From assembly GCF_000406145.1 (NCBI RefSeq), contig NZ_CM001976.1, forward strand, positions 3,539,263 to 3,571,262: a stretch of 32,000 nt of DNA. The letters are read 5' to 3'. Below, piece by piece: positions 20,768 to 32,000 of the stretch (the first letter of the stretch is position 1; the number at the start of each line of letters is the position of its first letter). A program made the translations under genes and the position numbers. The stretch comes from Dickeya dadantii NCPPB 898. GTDB lineage: Bacteria > Pseudomonadota > Gammaproteobacteria > Enterobacterales > Enterobacteriaceae. The notes beneath the pieces are model-generated. The model searched no databases. It saw nothing but the letters and a program-made list of their open reading frames with translations, and was not told the origin of the DNA.

Positions 20768-21454
20768 ATGACCACTTCCCTGACCTGGCACGACGTGCTG
20801 GCCCAAGAGAAAGAACTACCCTATTTCGTCAATACGTTGTCGTTCGTTCATCAGGAACGTACAGCAGGCAAGGTGATCTATCCGCCGCAGAAAGACGTCT
20901 TCAACGCTTTTCGTTTTACTGAGTTTCACGCTGTCAAAGTAGTGATTCTGGGGCAGGACCCGTATCACGGCCCGAATCAGGCGCATGGACTGTCGTTTTC
21001 GGTTCGCCCGGGCGTGCCGGCGCCGCCGTCGCTGGTCAATATCTACAAAGAACTGGCTAACGATATTCCCGGATTTGAAATTCCTTCCCACGGTTTTTTG
21101 CAGAGCTGGGCGCAGCAGGGCGTGATGTTACTCAATACCGTACTGACGGTAGAAGCCGGCAAAGCGCATTCGCACGCCAATCTGGGCTGGGAAACTTTCA
21201 CCGACAAGGTGATCGAAAAGCTGAACACGCACCGGGAAGGAATTGTATTTCTGCTGTGGGGTTCACACGCGCAAAAGAAAGGCAGCATTATTGATACGCA
21301 GCGGCATCATGTGCTGAAAGCGCCGCACCCCTCGCCATTATCTGCCCACCGCGGTTTTTTGGGATGCCACCATTTCTCCAGAACCAATCAGTTGCTGGAA
21401 CAACAGGGCGATACGCCGATCGACTGGACACCCCGCTTGCCGGAAAACGCCTAA
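20768..21454 (+). CDS. ung: Uracil-DNA glycosylase
   Basis: 228 aa. Family-1 UDG motifs [10 protein letters not shown] and HPSPLSA. Confidence 0.97.
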   Translation: MTTSLTWHDVLAQEKELPYFVNTLSFVHQERTAGKVIYPPQKDVFNAFRFTEFHAVKVVILGQDPYHGPNQAHGLSFSVRPGVPAPPSLVNIYKELANDIPGFEIPSHGFLQSWAQQGVMLLNTVLTVEAGKAHSHANLGWETFTDKVIEKLNTHREGIVFLLWGSHAQKKGSIIDTQRHHVLKAPHPSPLSAHRGFLGCHHFSRTNQLLEQQGDTPIDWTPRLPENA

Positions 21455-21588
21455 CAGGGAACGTCATTGTCTTTGCTGGTCAGAGACAATGACCGTAAAT
21501 TTAGGGTGAAATCAGGGAACGAAAGTCGGAAATAATCGAATCGTCAGAGAATCAGAGAAATAAAAAGGAGAATACTGCGAAATGAATT

Positions 21589-21664
<76 letters not shown>

Positions 21665-21711
21665 ACACCAGATTATACCGTCAAAAACCAAATCTTTATG
21701 GGAGGAAGATT

Positions 21712-21787
<76 letters not shown>

Positions 21788-21818
21788 GTATCGACACTGT
21801 ATCGTGTGAACGGGTCGC

Positions 21819-21847
21819 ATGATATGCAACGCCCCCAACCCTGTCAA
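21819..21847 (-). promoter_or_regulatory. Sigma-70 promoter of the tRNA-Ala pair (TTGACA-17-TATCAT, GC-rich discriminator)
   Basis: Minus strand reads TTGACAgggttgggggcgttgcaTATCATgcgaccc. AT-rich UP-like sequence upstream. Predicted leader of about 25 nt to the tRNA 5' end. Confidence 0.75.
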
Positions 21848-21964
21848 CGCCAAAATCCATTTATCCGATCAACCGCTGAAAAAGCCGTCAAAGTAGGGCG
21901 AGAATGGCATCTTACGGGAAAATCCCCCTGCTTTACGGCGTAAAAAACACCGCTAATCAAGCCC

Positions 21965-21995
21965 AAACCAAAAGACCCTGGCAAGCCAGGGTCTT
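21965..21995 (-). terminator. Rho-independent terminator of gltX
   Basis: Minus strand reads aagaccctgg-cttg-ccagggtctt followed by ttggttt, 28 nt after the gltX stop. Confidence 0.8.
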
Positions 21996-22022
21996 CGTTA
22001 ACGGCAGGCTTGTTCGAAGCGA

Positions 22023-23438
22023 TTACTGCTGGGCTTCACGCTCGCTGATAAACGCCAGTGCCCGATCGATGCGCGCCAGCGTACGCGACTGACCAATAGC
22101 ATGCACCGTCACATCAACGCCTGGAGACTGACCGGCGCCGGTTACCGCCACACGCAGCGGCATCCCGACTTTACCCATCCCTTGCTGCAGTTCGTCAGCA
22201 GTACCCTGAATAGCATGATGAATATTTTCCGGTGTCCAGTCGGTGATAGCCGCCAGTTTGCTGCGCACCAGTTCCAGCGGATGACGCGCCACCGGACGCA
22301 GGTGTTTCTTCGCCGCATCGGCGTCAAACTCGGCGAACTCTTCATAGAAGTAGCGGCAGGACTCGGCGATTTCTTTCAACGTCTTGCAGCGTTCGCCCAG
22401 CAACGTCACCAGTTCGCTCAACTGCGGGCCAGTACGGGTATCAATACCCGCCTGTTCGATATGCCAGGACAGGTGGGTCGCCACATATTCCGGCGGCAGG
22501 TGATTAATGTAGTGGTGGTTCAGCCACTGCAGCTTCTCGGTATTGAACGCGCTGGCGGATTTGCTGACGGCATCCAGCGAGAACAGCTGTTTCATCTCAT
22601 CAATAGAGAAGATTTCCTGATCGCCGTGAGCCCATCCCAGCCGCACCAGATAGTTGAGCAATGCTTCCGGCAGATAGCCGTCATCACGATACTGCATCAC
22701 ACCTACCGCGCCGTGACGCTTGGACAGTTTCTTGCCGTCATCGCCCAGGATCATGGAAACGTGCGCGTATTCCGGCACCGGCGCGCCCAGCGCTTTAAGA
22801 ATATTGATCTGCCGCGGCGTGTTGTTGATGTGGTCTTCGCCGCGAATAACGTGGGTGATGCCCATATCCCAGTCATCGATCACCACGCAGAAGTTATAGG
22901 TCGGCGAACCGTCGGTACGGCGGATGATCAGGTCATCCAGTTCAAGGTTGCTGAATTCGATAGGACCACGGATACGATCATCAAAGATCACCGAACCGTC
23001 TTGCGGGTTACGGAAACGCACCACATGCGGTTCATCATCCGCGTGATGTTCGTGAGAGTCACGGCAGCAACCGTCATAACGCGGCTTTTCGCCATCAGCC
23101 ATCTGCTGCTCACGCAGGGCTTCCAGACGCGCTTTGGAACAATAACATTTATACGCCGTGCCATTTTCCAGCATCTGGTCAATAACCGCGTTGTAGCGAT
23201 CAAAACGTTTGGTCTGATAGTACGGGCCTTCATCCCAGCCCAGATTCAACCAGTTCATGCCGTCCATAATGGCGTCAATCGCCTCTTTGGTCGAACGCTC
23301 CAGATCGGTATCTTCAATGCGCAGAACAAACTCGCCGCCATGATGGCGGGCGAACAACCAGGAATACAGTGCGGTACGGGCACCGCCAACATGAAGATAG
23401 CCAGTCGGGCTGGGCGCAAAGCGGGTTTTGATTTTCAT
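22023..23438 (-). CDS. gltX: Glutamate--tRNA ligase
   Basis: True start is the ATG at 23438 ([27 protein letters not shown], 471 aa). HIGH-type and KLSKR motifs. Confidence 0.97.
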   Translation of the reverse strand: MKIKTRFAPSPTGYLHVGGARTALYSWLFARHHGGEFVLRIEDTDLERSTKEAIDAIMDGMNWLNLGWDEGPYYQTKRFDRYNAVIDQMLENGTAYKCYCSKARLEALREQQMADGEKPRYDGCCRDSHEHHADDEPHVVRFRNPQDGSVIFDDRIRGPIEFSNLELDDLIIRRTDGSPTYNFCVVIDDWDMGITHVIRGEDHINNTPRQINILKALGAPVPEYAHVSMILGDDGKKLSKRHGAVGVMQYRDDGYLPEALLNYLVRLGWAHGDQEIFSIDEMKQLFSLDAVSKSASAFNTEKLQWLNHHYINHLPPEYVATHLSWHIEQAGIDTRTGPQLSELVTLLGERCKTLKEIAESCRYFYEEFAEFDADAAKKHLRPVARHPLELVRSKLAAITDWTPENIHHAIQGTADELQQGMGKVGMPLRVAVTGAGQSPGVDVTVHAIGQSRTLARIDRALAFISEREAQQ

Positions 23439-23711
23439 TGGGATTACGGCCTTCATTAGACAGCAACGGTCGGTCAACACCAACCAGGATTCCGGACTGT
23501 GCCCCGCCATCAAGGGTGAGCGCCGTCAGCGCGCGGCACAGCCTGCTTAAAGTGGGCAATATTCTATCACTCCCCCCCGATTCCTCAACGCCATAACCGC
23601 GTCGACTCAGGCCTAACTCCGGTAAAATGCGCAGGGATTCAACGATAACGCCCATAAATACGGCACATCGACTAATTTTACAACGAACGACTATTTTCGT
23701 TTTAAAAAGCG

Positions 23712-23739
23712 TTGACTCATATTCAAGGATCCCTATAAT
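23712..23739 (+). promoter_or_regulatory. Sigma-70 promoter of the valU-valX-valY-lysV-type tRNA operon (TTGACT-16-TATAAT)
   Basis: TTGACTcatattcaaggatcccTATAATgcgactcc. GC-rich discriminator and an A/T-rich UP-like stretch upstream. The first tRNA starts 18 nt after the -10. Confidence 0.8.
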
Positions 23740-23756
23740 GCGACTCCACACAGCGG

Positions 23757-23832
23757 GGGTGATTAGCTCAGCTGGGAGAGCACCTCCCTTACAAGGAGGG
23801 GGTCGGCGGTTCGATCCCGTCATCACCCACCA
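23757..23832 (+). tRNA. valU: tRNA-Val (anticodon UAC)
   Basis: GGGTGATTAGCTCAGCTGGGAGAGCACCTCCCTTACAAGGAGGGGGTCGGCGGTTCGATCCCGTCATCACCCACCA. Confidence 0.97.
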
Positions 23833-23876
23833 CTCTTTAGAGTGCCGCGCTGTGTGAAGTAAGAAGAATTGAGATT

Positions 23877-23952
23877 GGGTGATTAGCTCAGCTGGGAGAG
23901 CACCTCCCTTACAAGGAGGGGGTCGGCGGTTCGATCCCGTCATCACCCACCA
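23877..23952 (+). tRNA. valX: tRNA-Val (anticodon UAC), copy 2
   Basis: Identical 76-nt sequence, 44-nt spacer. Confidence 0.97.
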
Positions 23953-24009
23953 TTCTCATACCAGCTGTCTTCTTACGAAAATGAAATACAGAAATTGAAG
24001 TACAGAAGT

Positions 24010-24085
24010 GGGTGATTAGCTCAGCTGGGAGAGCACCTCCCTTACAAGGAGGGGGTCGGCGGTTCGATCCCGTCATCACCCACCA
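24010..24085 (+). tRNA. valY: tRNA-Val (anticodon UAC), copy 3
   Basis: Identical 76-nt sequence, 57-nt spacer. Confidence 0.97.
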
Positions 24086-24092
24086 CTTCTGC

Positions 24093-24168
24093 GGGTCGTT
24101 AGCTCAGTCGGTAGAGCAGTTGACTTTTAATCAATTGGTCGCAGGTTCGAATCCTGCACGACCCACCA
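24093..24168 (+). tRNA. lysV: tRNA-Lys (anticodon UUU)
   Basis: GGGTCGTTAGCTCAGTCGGTAGAGCAGTTGACTTTTAATCAATTGGTCGCAGGTTCGAATCCTGCACGACCCACCA, only 7 nt after the third tRNA-Val. Confidence 0.97.
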
Positions 24169-24483
24169 ATTACTCAGACCAGTTCGGTCATTTCCTTAAG
24201 AATCATGAGACTGTGTGCGCTATCGCGCAGGGTAACTCCTGATTTCTCGCGCCGTTTTTTACGTTCTATTCTCGTTATCTCCAGATTGTCTTCTCGTTAA
24301 ACGCAACACGCTTTTCGTGGTTAAACACTTATCAAACCTTATCTGCTTTCTCCAATGTTCAAAAATCCGCCATGCATCACGCAAATTTTTTGATAAGGAA
24401 CGTCAAATGTATTGGTTTTTTATTCCGTCGCCAAACAACGACACTAACATCGTAATAAAACGTATTCTTATAAGGGTAAGACG

Positions 24484-24918
24484 ATGATAGCTAAAGCCAA
24501 TAAATTCTTTACCGGTTTAACCGACCATCCTGATGGCGGCAAACTGTTGTTGCGTTTGACCGTCGGTATTCTGCTGCTGTTCCACGGCGTCGCGAAAATC
24601 GAAAACGGCGTGGGTTGGATCGCCGGCATGCTGGCGCAACACGGCCTGCCTGGGTTTATCGCCTACGGCGCTTACATCGGCGAAGTACTGGCCCCGATCC
24701 TGATTATTCTCGGCGTGCTAACCCGTATTTCTGCCGCAGTAGTGGCATTTAACCTGCTGGTCGCGACACTGCTGGTCACCATGGGCAAATTATTCACCAT
24801 CACCAATGTGGGCGCATGGGGACTGGAAGGGGAAGCATTCTATTTCCTGTGCAGTCTGGTGATTGTGCTGGTGGGTAGCGGCCGTTACTCCGTGGTTTCT
24901 AACGAAGACTACCGGTAA
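24484..24918 (+). CDS. DoxX-family inner membrane protein (YphA-like)
   Basis: 144 aa with four predicted TM helices. LLLRLTVGILLLFHGVAKI is typical of DoxX. Confidence 0.75.
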   Translation: MIAKANKFFTGLTDHPDGGKLLLRLTVGILLLFHGVAKIENGVGWIAGMLAQHGLPGFIAYGAYIGEVLAPILIILGVLTRISAAVVAFNLLVATLLVTMGKLFTITNVGAWGLEGEAFYFLCSLVIVLVGSGRYSVVSNEDYR

Positions 24919-24937
24919 TATCCGCGTACGCTTGAAG

Positions 24938-24962
24938 AAAACGCCCTTACGGGCGTTTTTTT
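24938..24962. terminator. Bidirectional rho-independent terminator between the DoxX gene and cysA
   Basis: aaaacgccc-ttac-gggcgtttt followed by ttt. An A run on the other side gives a U-tract for the minus-strand cysA transcript as well. Confidence 0.85.
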
Positions 24963-24966
24963 ATGG

Positions 24967-25959
24967 TCAGATTTCCCAATCGTGGTTATAGCGTTTCGGC
25001 TTGAATTGCACCACATCGCCGCGATGCAACCCGGTCAACACCTCGTCATCATGCGCCACTTCCGCTTCGATCAGTTCATTGTTGCCATCAACCTTCAGCA
25101 CCAGCCGCGTCAACGCGCCCAGCGGGCGGATATCCTTGACCACCACCGGCTGGAAGTCAGCCTGCGTCTGTTTCGACAGCGTCACCTCGTGCGGGCGGAA
25201 CTGAATAGTCTGATCATGGCCGGCCAGTTTCAATCGATTGCTGTCCCCCAGGAAGTTATAGACAAACTCGGTGGCCGGGCGGTTATATACCTCATCAGGC
25301 GTACCGATCTGCTCGATGACGCCTTTGTTCATCAATACGATGCGGTCCGCCACTTCCATCGCTTCTTCCTGATCATGGGTGACAAACACCGACGTCAGAT
25401 TAATGTCTTCATGCAGGCGCGACAGCCAGCGGCGCAGTTCCTTACGCACCTTGGCGTCCAGCGCGCCGAACGGTTCGTCCAGCAGCAGAATGCGCGGCTC
25501 CACAATTAGCGCCCGCGCCAGCGCGATACGCTGGCGCTGACCACCGGATAACTGCTCCGGGTAGCGATCCGCCAGCCACTCCAGTTGCACCATGTTCAGC
25601 AATTCGCGCACCTTTTTTTCGATATCCCGCTTTGACGGCCGTATCGCTTTGGGTTTCATGCGTAGCCCGAACGCCACGTTATCGAACACCGTCATATGCC
25701 GGAACAGCGCATAGTGCTGGAAAACAAAGCCGACATGACGATCGCGCACATCATGCCCCGACACATCTTCGCCGTGGAAGACGATACTGCCGCTGTCCGG
25801 CGTTTCCAGACCGGCGATAATGCGCAACAGCGTGGTTTTGCCGCAGCCGGACGGCCCCAGCAGCGCCACCAGCTCACCGCTCTGGATCGATAAATTGATC
25901 TGATTGAGGGCCCGGAACTGACCAAACTGTTTGTTAACGTTGTGAACCTCAATGCTCAT
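24967..25959 (-). CDS. cysA: Sulfate/thiosulfate ABC transporter ATP-binding protein
   Basis: 330 aa. [37 protein letters not shown]. Close to E. coli CysA over the NBD. Confidence 0.93.
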   Translation of the reverse strand: MSIEVHNVNKQFGQFRALNQINLSIQSGELVALLGPSGCGKTTLLRIIAGLETPDSGSIVFHGEDVSGHDVRDRHVGFVFQHYALFRHMTVFDNVAFGLRMKPKAIRPSKRDIEKKVRELLNMVQLEWLADRYPEQLSGGQRQRIALARALIVEPRILLLDEPFGALDAKVRKELRRWLSRLHEDINLTSVFVTHDQEEAMEVADRIVLMNKGVIEQIGTPDEVYNRPATEFVYNFLGDSNRLKLAGHDQTIQFRPHEVTLSKQTQADFQPVVVKDIRPLGALTRLVLKVDGNNELIEAEVAHDDEVLTGLHRGDVVQFKPKRYNHDWEI

Positions 25960-26839
25960 TACCGGCCAGCTCCTGTTGTTTCTCTTGTTGTTTCGACAAA
26001 TGCGCTTCGCTCCACTGGCGCAGCAACAGCACCACCAGCGACATCACCAGCAGCAGAATCGCCACGCTGAACGCAGCGACGATGTTGTATTCGTTGTAAA
26101 GAATCTCAATATGCAGCGGCAAGGTATTGGTCAGACCACGAATATGACCGGACACCACCGACACGGCGCCAAACTCGCCCATCGCGCGGGCGGTGCACAA
26201 CACCACGCCGTAAATCAGCGCCCATTTCACATTCGGCAATGTGATGTGCCAGAACATCTGCCAGCCGTTCGCGCCCAGCAATCTGGCCGCCTCTTCTTCC
26301 TGGCTGCCCTGTTGCTCCATCAGCGGAATCAGTTCACGCGCCACATACGGCAAGGTGACAAACATGGTCGCCAGCACGATGCCGGGTACGGCATAGACGA
26401 TTTCCAGATTATGTTCGGTAAGGAACGGATACAGCTTGCTCTGGGCACCAAACAGCAACACATACATCAGGCCGGTTACCACCGGCGACACAGAGAACGG
26501 CAAGTCCAGTAATGCCAGAAGCAGCGATTTACCGCGGAATTCAAACTTGGTCACGCACCAGGCGATCGCCAGCCCGAATACCATATTCAGCGGCACTGAA
26601 ATAACCGTCGCCAGTAGCGTCAGCTTGAGCGCGGACACTGCATCCGGTTCGGTGATCGCATTCCAGAATGCGCCAATGCCGTTATGCAATCCCTGGGTCA
26701 CCACCATGATCAGCGGCAATACCAGAATCAATAAGAACACCGCCCACGCCAGCGTGGTGAGCACATAAAAGGCAACCGGGCGTTTAACGGAGGACGGACG
26801 CACCGCCACAGGCTCGGAAATACTGTGATCCATGCTCAT
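25949..26839 (-). CDS. cysW: Sulfate ABC transporter permease CysW
   Basis: 296 aa. EAA-loop region [28 protein letters not shown] and [14 protein letters not shown] match CysW. 11-nt overlap with cysA. Confidence 0.93.
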   Translation of the reverse strand: MSMDHSISEPVAVRPSSVKRPVAFYVLTTLAWAVFLLILVLPLIMVVTQGLHNGIGAFWNAITEPDAVSALKLTLLATVISVPLNMVFGLAIAWCVTKFEFRGKSLLLALLDLPFSVSPVVTGLMYVLLFGAQSKLYPFLTEHNLEIVYAVPGIVLATMFVTLPYVARELIPLMEQQGSQEEEAARLLGANGWQMFWHITLPNVKWALIYGVVLCTARAMGEFGAVSVVSGHIRGLTNTLPLHIEILYNEYNIVAAFSVAILLLVMSLVVLLLRQWSEAHLSKQQEKQQELAGNEH

Positions 26840-26842
26840 CCT

Positions 26843-27655
26843 TTATAACTTCGATTGAATACGCCGTTGCAACAGGTTAATCAGCAACAGCATGATGAAA
26901 GAGACCACCAGCATGAACACGCCGATACCGGTCGCACCCTTGTAATCGTACTGGTCCAGTTTTGAAACAATCAGCAGCGGCAGAATTTCCGTCTTGAACG
27001 GGATGTTGCCGGCAATAAATACCACCGAACCATACTCCCCCACGCCACGGGCGAACGCCAGCGCAAAACCGGTAAGCCAGGCGGGCAGAATGGCCGGCAG
27101 CAGGACATGGCGAAAGGTCTGCCACGGGCTGGCGCCCAGACAGGCGGAAGCTTCTTCCACTTCTTTGGGAAAATCAGCCAACACCGGCTGCAGCGTGCGC
27201 ACCACAAACGGCAGGGTGACAAAAATCAGCGCCAGCGTGATGCCAATCCCCGTGTAGGCGATACGGAAAGGAAACAGCGAACCAATCAGCCCATTCGGCG
27301 CATACAGCGACGTCAGCGCAATCCCCGCCACGGCGGTAGGCAAGGCAAACGGCATATCGATCATCGCGTCGATAATCTTCCTGCCGGGAAAGGTATAACG
27401 CACCAGCACCCAGGCCAGCAGCGTCCCCAGCACGCCGTTGACGAATGCCGCCGTCAGCGCGGAACCAAAGGATAATTGCAGGGAAAACAGTACCTGGCGA
27501 CTGGTGATCAGTTCCCAGAACTGGGTCAGCGTCAGCTGGCTGGCGTACAGAAACATCGCCGCCAGCGGGATCAAGACAAGCAGCCCCAGATAGGTAAGGC
27601 TAAAGCCCAGCGTCAGACCAAATCCGGGAATGACCGGTGAAATACGTCGCGACAT
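26843..27655 (-). CDS. cysU: Sulfate ABC transporter permease CysU (CysT)
   Basis: 270 aa. [29 protein letters not shown] and [12 protein letters not shown] match CysU. Confidence 0.93.
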   Translation of the reverse strand: MSRRISPVIPGFGLTLGFSLTYLGLLVLIPLAAMFLYASQLTLTQFWELITSRQVLFSLQLSFGSALTAAFVNGVLGTLLAWVLVRYTFPGRKIIDAMIDMPFALPTAVAGIALTSLYAPNGLIGSLFPFRIAYTGIGITLALIFVTLPFVVRTLQPVLADFPKEVEEASACLGASPWQTFRHVLLPAILPAWLTGFALAFARGVGEYGSVVFIAGNIPFKTEILPLLIVSKLDQYDYKGATGIGVFMLVVSFIMLLLINLLQRRIQSKL

Positions 27656-27709
27656 AACAAGCCTTTCAATGATGAAACACGGATTGCCGACTCAGGCAAC
27701 CAACGTGGC

Positions 27710-27734
27710 AAAACCGCCCGATGGAGGCGGTTTT
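27710..27734 (-). other. Intercistronic stem-loop between the binding-protein gene and cysU (possible partial terminator or mRNA stabiliser)
   Basis: Minus strand reads aaaaccgcc-tccatcg-ggcggtttt followed by gcc. 9-bp stem in the 96-nt spacer. Confidence 0.5.
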
Positions 27735-27751
27735 GACGGTCAGAATACAAC

Positions 27752-28762
27752 TTATTTATTAATCTGTTTGAAGATAGCGTCGAACACCCCGCCGTCATCG
27801 AAGAATTTGGGCTGTGCGCTTTTCCAGCCGCCAAACTCGCCATCGATCGTCACCAGCTTCACCGGCGCAAACTGAGATTTAAACTCTTCGGCGATTTTAG
27901 CATTGCGCGGACGATAAAAGTTTTGCGCGATGATACGCTGCCCTTCGTCACTGTAGAGATAGTTCAGATAAGCTTCCGCCTGTTTGCGTGTTCCCTTGCG
28001 CTCCACTACTTTGTCGACCACCGCTACCGGCGGCTCCGCAAGAATGGACAGCGATGGCGTAACAATTTCCAGCTGGTCGCCGCCCTGCTCCTTCAGCGAC
28101 AGATAGGCCTCGTTTTCCCAGGCAATCAGCACGTCGCCCAACTGACGCTGAACGAAACTGATGGTCGCGCCGCGCGCACCGGTATCCAGCACCGGCGCAT
28201 GTTTGTAGAGCTCGGTCACGAATTTCTGCGCGCTTTCATCGCTTCCGCCCGGCAAATGCCTGGCATAAGCCCAGGCCGCCAGGAAATTCCAGCGCGCGCC
28301 GCCGGAGGTTTTCGGGTTCGGCGTGATCACCTGTACGTCCGGTTTAATCAGGTCATCCCAGTCTTTGATATGTTTCGGGTTGCCTTTACGCACCAGAAAC
28401 ACAATGGTGGACGTATAAGGCGTGCTGTTATCCGGCAGACGCGCCTGCCATTTCGGGTCGATCAGCGGCTGATTGAGATTGAGCGCATCGATATCGCCCG
28501 CCAGCGCCAGCGTCACGACATCCGCCTGCAGCCCGTCGATGACAGAGCGCGCTTGCTTGCCGGAGCCGCCGTGAGAGTTTTTAACCGAAATGGTTTCGCC
28601 GGTGGTTTCTTTCCAGTGTTTGATAAACGCCGCGTTATATTGCTGATAAAATTCGCGGGTCGGGTCATAGGACACATTCAACAATTCCGTGGCAGCCGAA
28701 GCCATACCGGAAAATAACAACGCGGCAGTAGCCAGCGACCATCCCAAACGACGCATTGACAT
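27752..28762 (-). CDS. sbp: Periplasmic sulfate-binding protein (Sbp-type rather than CysP-type)
   Basis: True start is the ATG at 28762 ([23 protein letters not shown], signal peptide) with SD GAGGGGAG. The mature sequence [18 protein letters not shown]...[22 protein letters not shown] tracks E. coli Sbp much better than CysP. Confidence 0.88.
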   Translation of the reverse strand: MSMRRLGWSLATAALLFSGMASAATELLNVSYDPTREFYQQYNAAFIKHWKETTGETISVKNSHGGSGKQARSVIDGLQADVVTLALAGDIDALNLNQPLIDPKWQARLPDNSTPYTSTIVFLVRKGNPKHIKDWDDLIKPDVQVITPNPKTSGGARWNFLAAWAYARHLPGGSDESAQKFVTELYKHAPVLDTGARGATISFVQRQLGDVLIAWENEAYLSLKEQGGDQLEIVTPSLSILAEPPVAVVDKVVERKGTRKQAEAYLNYLYSDEGQRIIAQNFYRPRNAKIAEEFKSQFAPVKLVTIDGEFGGWKSAQPKFFDDGGVFDAIFKQINK

Positions 28763-28792
28763 TATTATTACTCCCCTCAAAGTCTGCCCGTT

Positions 28793-28834
28793 GCCTGCGC
28801 GAGCGATCAAAAGGCCTGCACGGGCGATCAAAAG
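28793..28834. repeat. Tandem 21-bp duplication 31 nt upstream of the sbp start codon
   Basis: gcctgcgcgagcgatcaaaag / gcctgcacgggcgatcaaaag (19/21). Each unit carries a GATC. This repeat produces the [15 protein letters not shown] artefact in the over-extended ORF. Confidence 0.85.
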
Positions 28835-29020
28835 AGCCCCAGAGTCCGGCGGCCTGTCATCATGCAACCGGAACAGCGGCTAAACAGCACAACTGTATCC
28901 GGTTTTATCTGTGGAAGGGACAATAGTGGATAAGGCGGGAGGGAAAAAATACTGTTTCGAGATAATTTATACTCTCGGGTTATATTATTGACGGCTTAAC
29001 AGTGCATTTGAATCTAAGGT

Positions 29021-29040
29021 AAGCGGCAGGCCTGCCGCTT
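29021..29040 (-). terminator. Palindromic GC hairpin 23 nt after the cdaR stop (no clear U-tract)
   Basis: aagcggcagg/cctgccgctt is a perfect 20-bp palindrome. Confidence 0.45.
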
Positions 29041-29062
29041 CTCGTCGCCATCAACATCGGAA

Positions 29063-30220
29063 TTACTGTTCTTCATCCAGCTGCAGCGCAACGTACAGCA
29101 ACAACCGATCGTCAAAGTTGCCCAAATCCAGTCCGGTCAGTTCGGATATGCGGTTTAACCGGTATTCCAGCGTATTGCGATGCACAAACAACGCCTTGGC
29201 TGTCGCCCCCGGCTGCACATTGTTGCGAAACCAGGCGTTAAGGGTACGACGCAGCAGACCATTGCTGTCCATCGCCTTCAGTCTGGCCAACGGGCGCACC
29301 AGTTCGTTAGCCTGCCAGCCGCCGCGCAGGCTATCGAGCAGTACCGGCAGCATCAGATCCTGATAGAAATAACTGCGCTGCGCCGGCATGCGCTGTTTGC
29401 CGACGCTCATGGTGGTGCGCGCGGTACGGTAGGAGCGTGCGATGCTGCCGGGGCCGGTGAAATAGTTGCCCAGCGCCACCCGCACCCGCAGCCGGCTGCT
29501 CTCTTCCATACGCGACAGCAGCGTGTCGACACGGCGACGGTGCTCCTCCGCATCCCAGCGGCCGTGGTTGTTCAATGCGGGTTTCAGCACCACCATCTCG
29601 GTCAGCGAGACTATCGCAATCAGATTGTTGCGCTCCGGCGTCGTCAGCAACGTCTGCAACTGCTGTAGCTCGGCCATGGCGCTGTCCACCCCCAGTTGAC
29701 CGCTGTCGACCTCCACCACCGCCGCCACACGCGGCTGATTGAGGTCGATGCCGAGGCGCTGCGCCCATTCCATCAGCGCCGGCGACAGATCATCGGTACG
29801 GATCAGGTTCAGCACCAGCTCTTCCCGCAAACGACTGTCCTGCGCCAGCATGTGCAGCAATCGCGCCTGCTCCAGCATCATCTCGGCCGTCATGCACACC
29901 AGTTCGCCGTACTGGCGCAACTGACCGGGGTTGCCGGTCAGGCCAATCACGCCGACGATTTCGCCGTCGATCTTCAACGGCAGGTTGATGCCCGGCCGGA
30001 CGCCGTGCAGATGGCGCGCCACCGCGTCATCAATGTCCACCACCCGTCCCTGCGACAGCACCAGCAGCGCGCCTTCATGCAATTCCCCAATACGCTCCCG
30101 ATCGCCGCTGCCGATAATCCGCCCACGCGCGTCCATCACATTGATATTACTATCAATGATTTTCATGGTACGTGCGACGATCTCCTGTGCCAGTTTGTTA
30201 TTCAGGTGGTATGACGCCAT
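29063..30220 (-). CDS. cdaR: Carbohydrate diacid regulator CdaR (SdaR)
   Basis: True start is the ATG at 30220 (MASYHLNNKLAQEIVARTMKIID, 385 aa). Near-colinear with E. coli CdaR, including the C-terminal HTH ALFVHRNTLEYRLNRISELTG. Confidence 0.93.
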   Translation of the reverse strand: MASYHLNNKLAQEIVARTMKIIDSNINVMDARGRIIGSGDRERIGELHEGALLVLSQGRVVDIDDAVARHLHGVRPGINLPLKIDGEIVGVIGLTGNPGQLRQYGELVCMTAEMMLEQARLLHMLAQDSRLREELVLNLIRTDDLSPALMEWAQRLGIDLNQPRVAAVVEVDSGQLGVDSAMAELQQLQTLLTTPERNNLIAIVSLTEMVVLKPALNNHGRWDAEEHRRRVDTLLSRMEESSRLRVRVALGNYFTGPGSIARSYRTARTTMSVGKQRMPAQRSYFYQDLMLPVLLDSLRGGWQANELVRPLARLKAMDSNGLLRRTLNAWFRNNVQPGATAKALFVHRNTLEYRLNRISELTGLDLGNFDDRLLLYVALQLDEEQ

Positions 30221-30415
30221 TTCAACCTCAAGGGATAGAGACAACCGCACCAGCATAACGCCGGGTATCGCGTCATACATTGTGCAAACGAACAAAAACC
30301 GGGGAATCACACAGAATCTGTGGAAGAACTCACAAAACAGGCGGGAAATGACATGACCGGGTGTCAGCGCGCCCGGCCATGCCCATAGACAAGTGATTGA
30401 ATCAACAGCGTCAGG

Positions 30416-31870
<1,455 letters not shown>

Positions 31871-32000
31871 AGCGATATGTCTCACATTCAGTCAACGTGC
31901 GAACTCTGACGGCTGCGTTCAGCGATCAGGTGGAATGAAATCACTATGCGCAGCAGCGCACGTTCTGTGCAAGGTGGTGAAGAGTAAGGAAATATTGACC

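Noticed and set aside
23314-23946. 210-aa ORF with an internal repeat (MTGSNRRPPPCKGGALPAELIT twice). Related ORFs lie at 21512-21853 and 21623-21943 with repeated GAIAQLGERLHGMQEVSGSIPLSSTK.
   Set aside because: The repeats are just translations across the identical tRNA-Val and tRNA-Ala gene copies and the start of gltX. They are not protein-coding.
24169-24483. Possible genomic-island insertion or attachment site downstream of tRNA-Lys, and a terminator for the tRNA operon near the T run at 24255-24261.
   Set aside because: There is no duplicated tRNA 3' segment, integrase or foreign gene, and DoxX looks like a resident gene. I could not fold a convincing hairpin in front of the T run, only a 5-bp tgcgc/gcgca stem, so no terminator is called.
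28763-28867. N-terminal extension of the sbp ORF containing [15 protein letters not shown].
   Set aside because: This is an artefact of the 21-bp DNA tandem repeat. The real start is the ATG at 28762, with an SD and a signal peptide.
31871-32000. Search for the sigma-E and CpxR sites expected upstream of degP.
   Set aside because: The best candidate, tGAACgc...gACTGAA, has a 22-nt spacer instead of 16, and there is no GTAAA-N5-GTAAA pair. The promoter probably lies partly beyond the window end, so nothing is called.

Overview
Mostly conserved Enterobacterales core chromosome. The gene order follows several E. coli K-12 blocks joined together, and protein sequences and context suggest a soft-rot Pectobacteriaceae-type genome (inference only). 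Left edge (1-5410), the only clearly accessory part: the 3' end of a type I secretion operon (ABC transporter plus an unusually short HlyD-family adaptor). It converges on a membrane PAS-GAF-GGDEF diguanylate cyclase with an SGDEF active site. A 734-bp AT-rich spacer follows, then a PdeH/YhjH-type EAL phosphodiesterase with a near-consensus sigma-28 (FliA) promoter. Core block 1 (5685-21454): yfhL, acpS-pdxJ-recO-era-rnc, lepB-lepA, rseC-rseB-rseA-rpoE, nadB, trmN6, srmB, grcA, ung. Block 2: two tRNA-Ala(GGC), gltX, three tRNA-Val(UAC) plus tRNA-Lys(UUU). Block 3: a DoxX-family gene, then an sbp-type binding protein gene with cysU-cysW-cysA. Block 4: cdaR-degP. Regulatory sites read directly from the sequence: sigma-E rpoE P2, NadR boxes at nadB, two FNR boxes 53 bp apart at grcA, strong tRNA promoters, and several intrinsic terminators. 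I found no CRISPR array, IS element or transposase, integrase, prophage remnant, toxin-antitoxin pair or recognisable defence system. I see no convincing undescribed multi-gene system here. The most unusual items are the hairpin-less T1SS adaptor, the T1SS / SGDEF cyclase / FliA-driven PdeH arrangement, and three short tandem duplications in regulatory regions. Note that the ORF track writes M for non-ATG starts (TTG/GTG); several true starts lie inside the listed ORFs and are corrected below.
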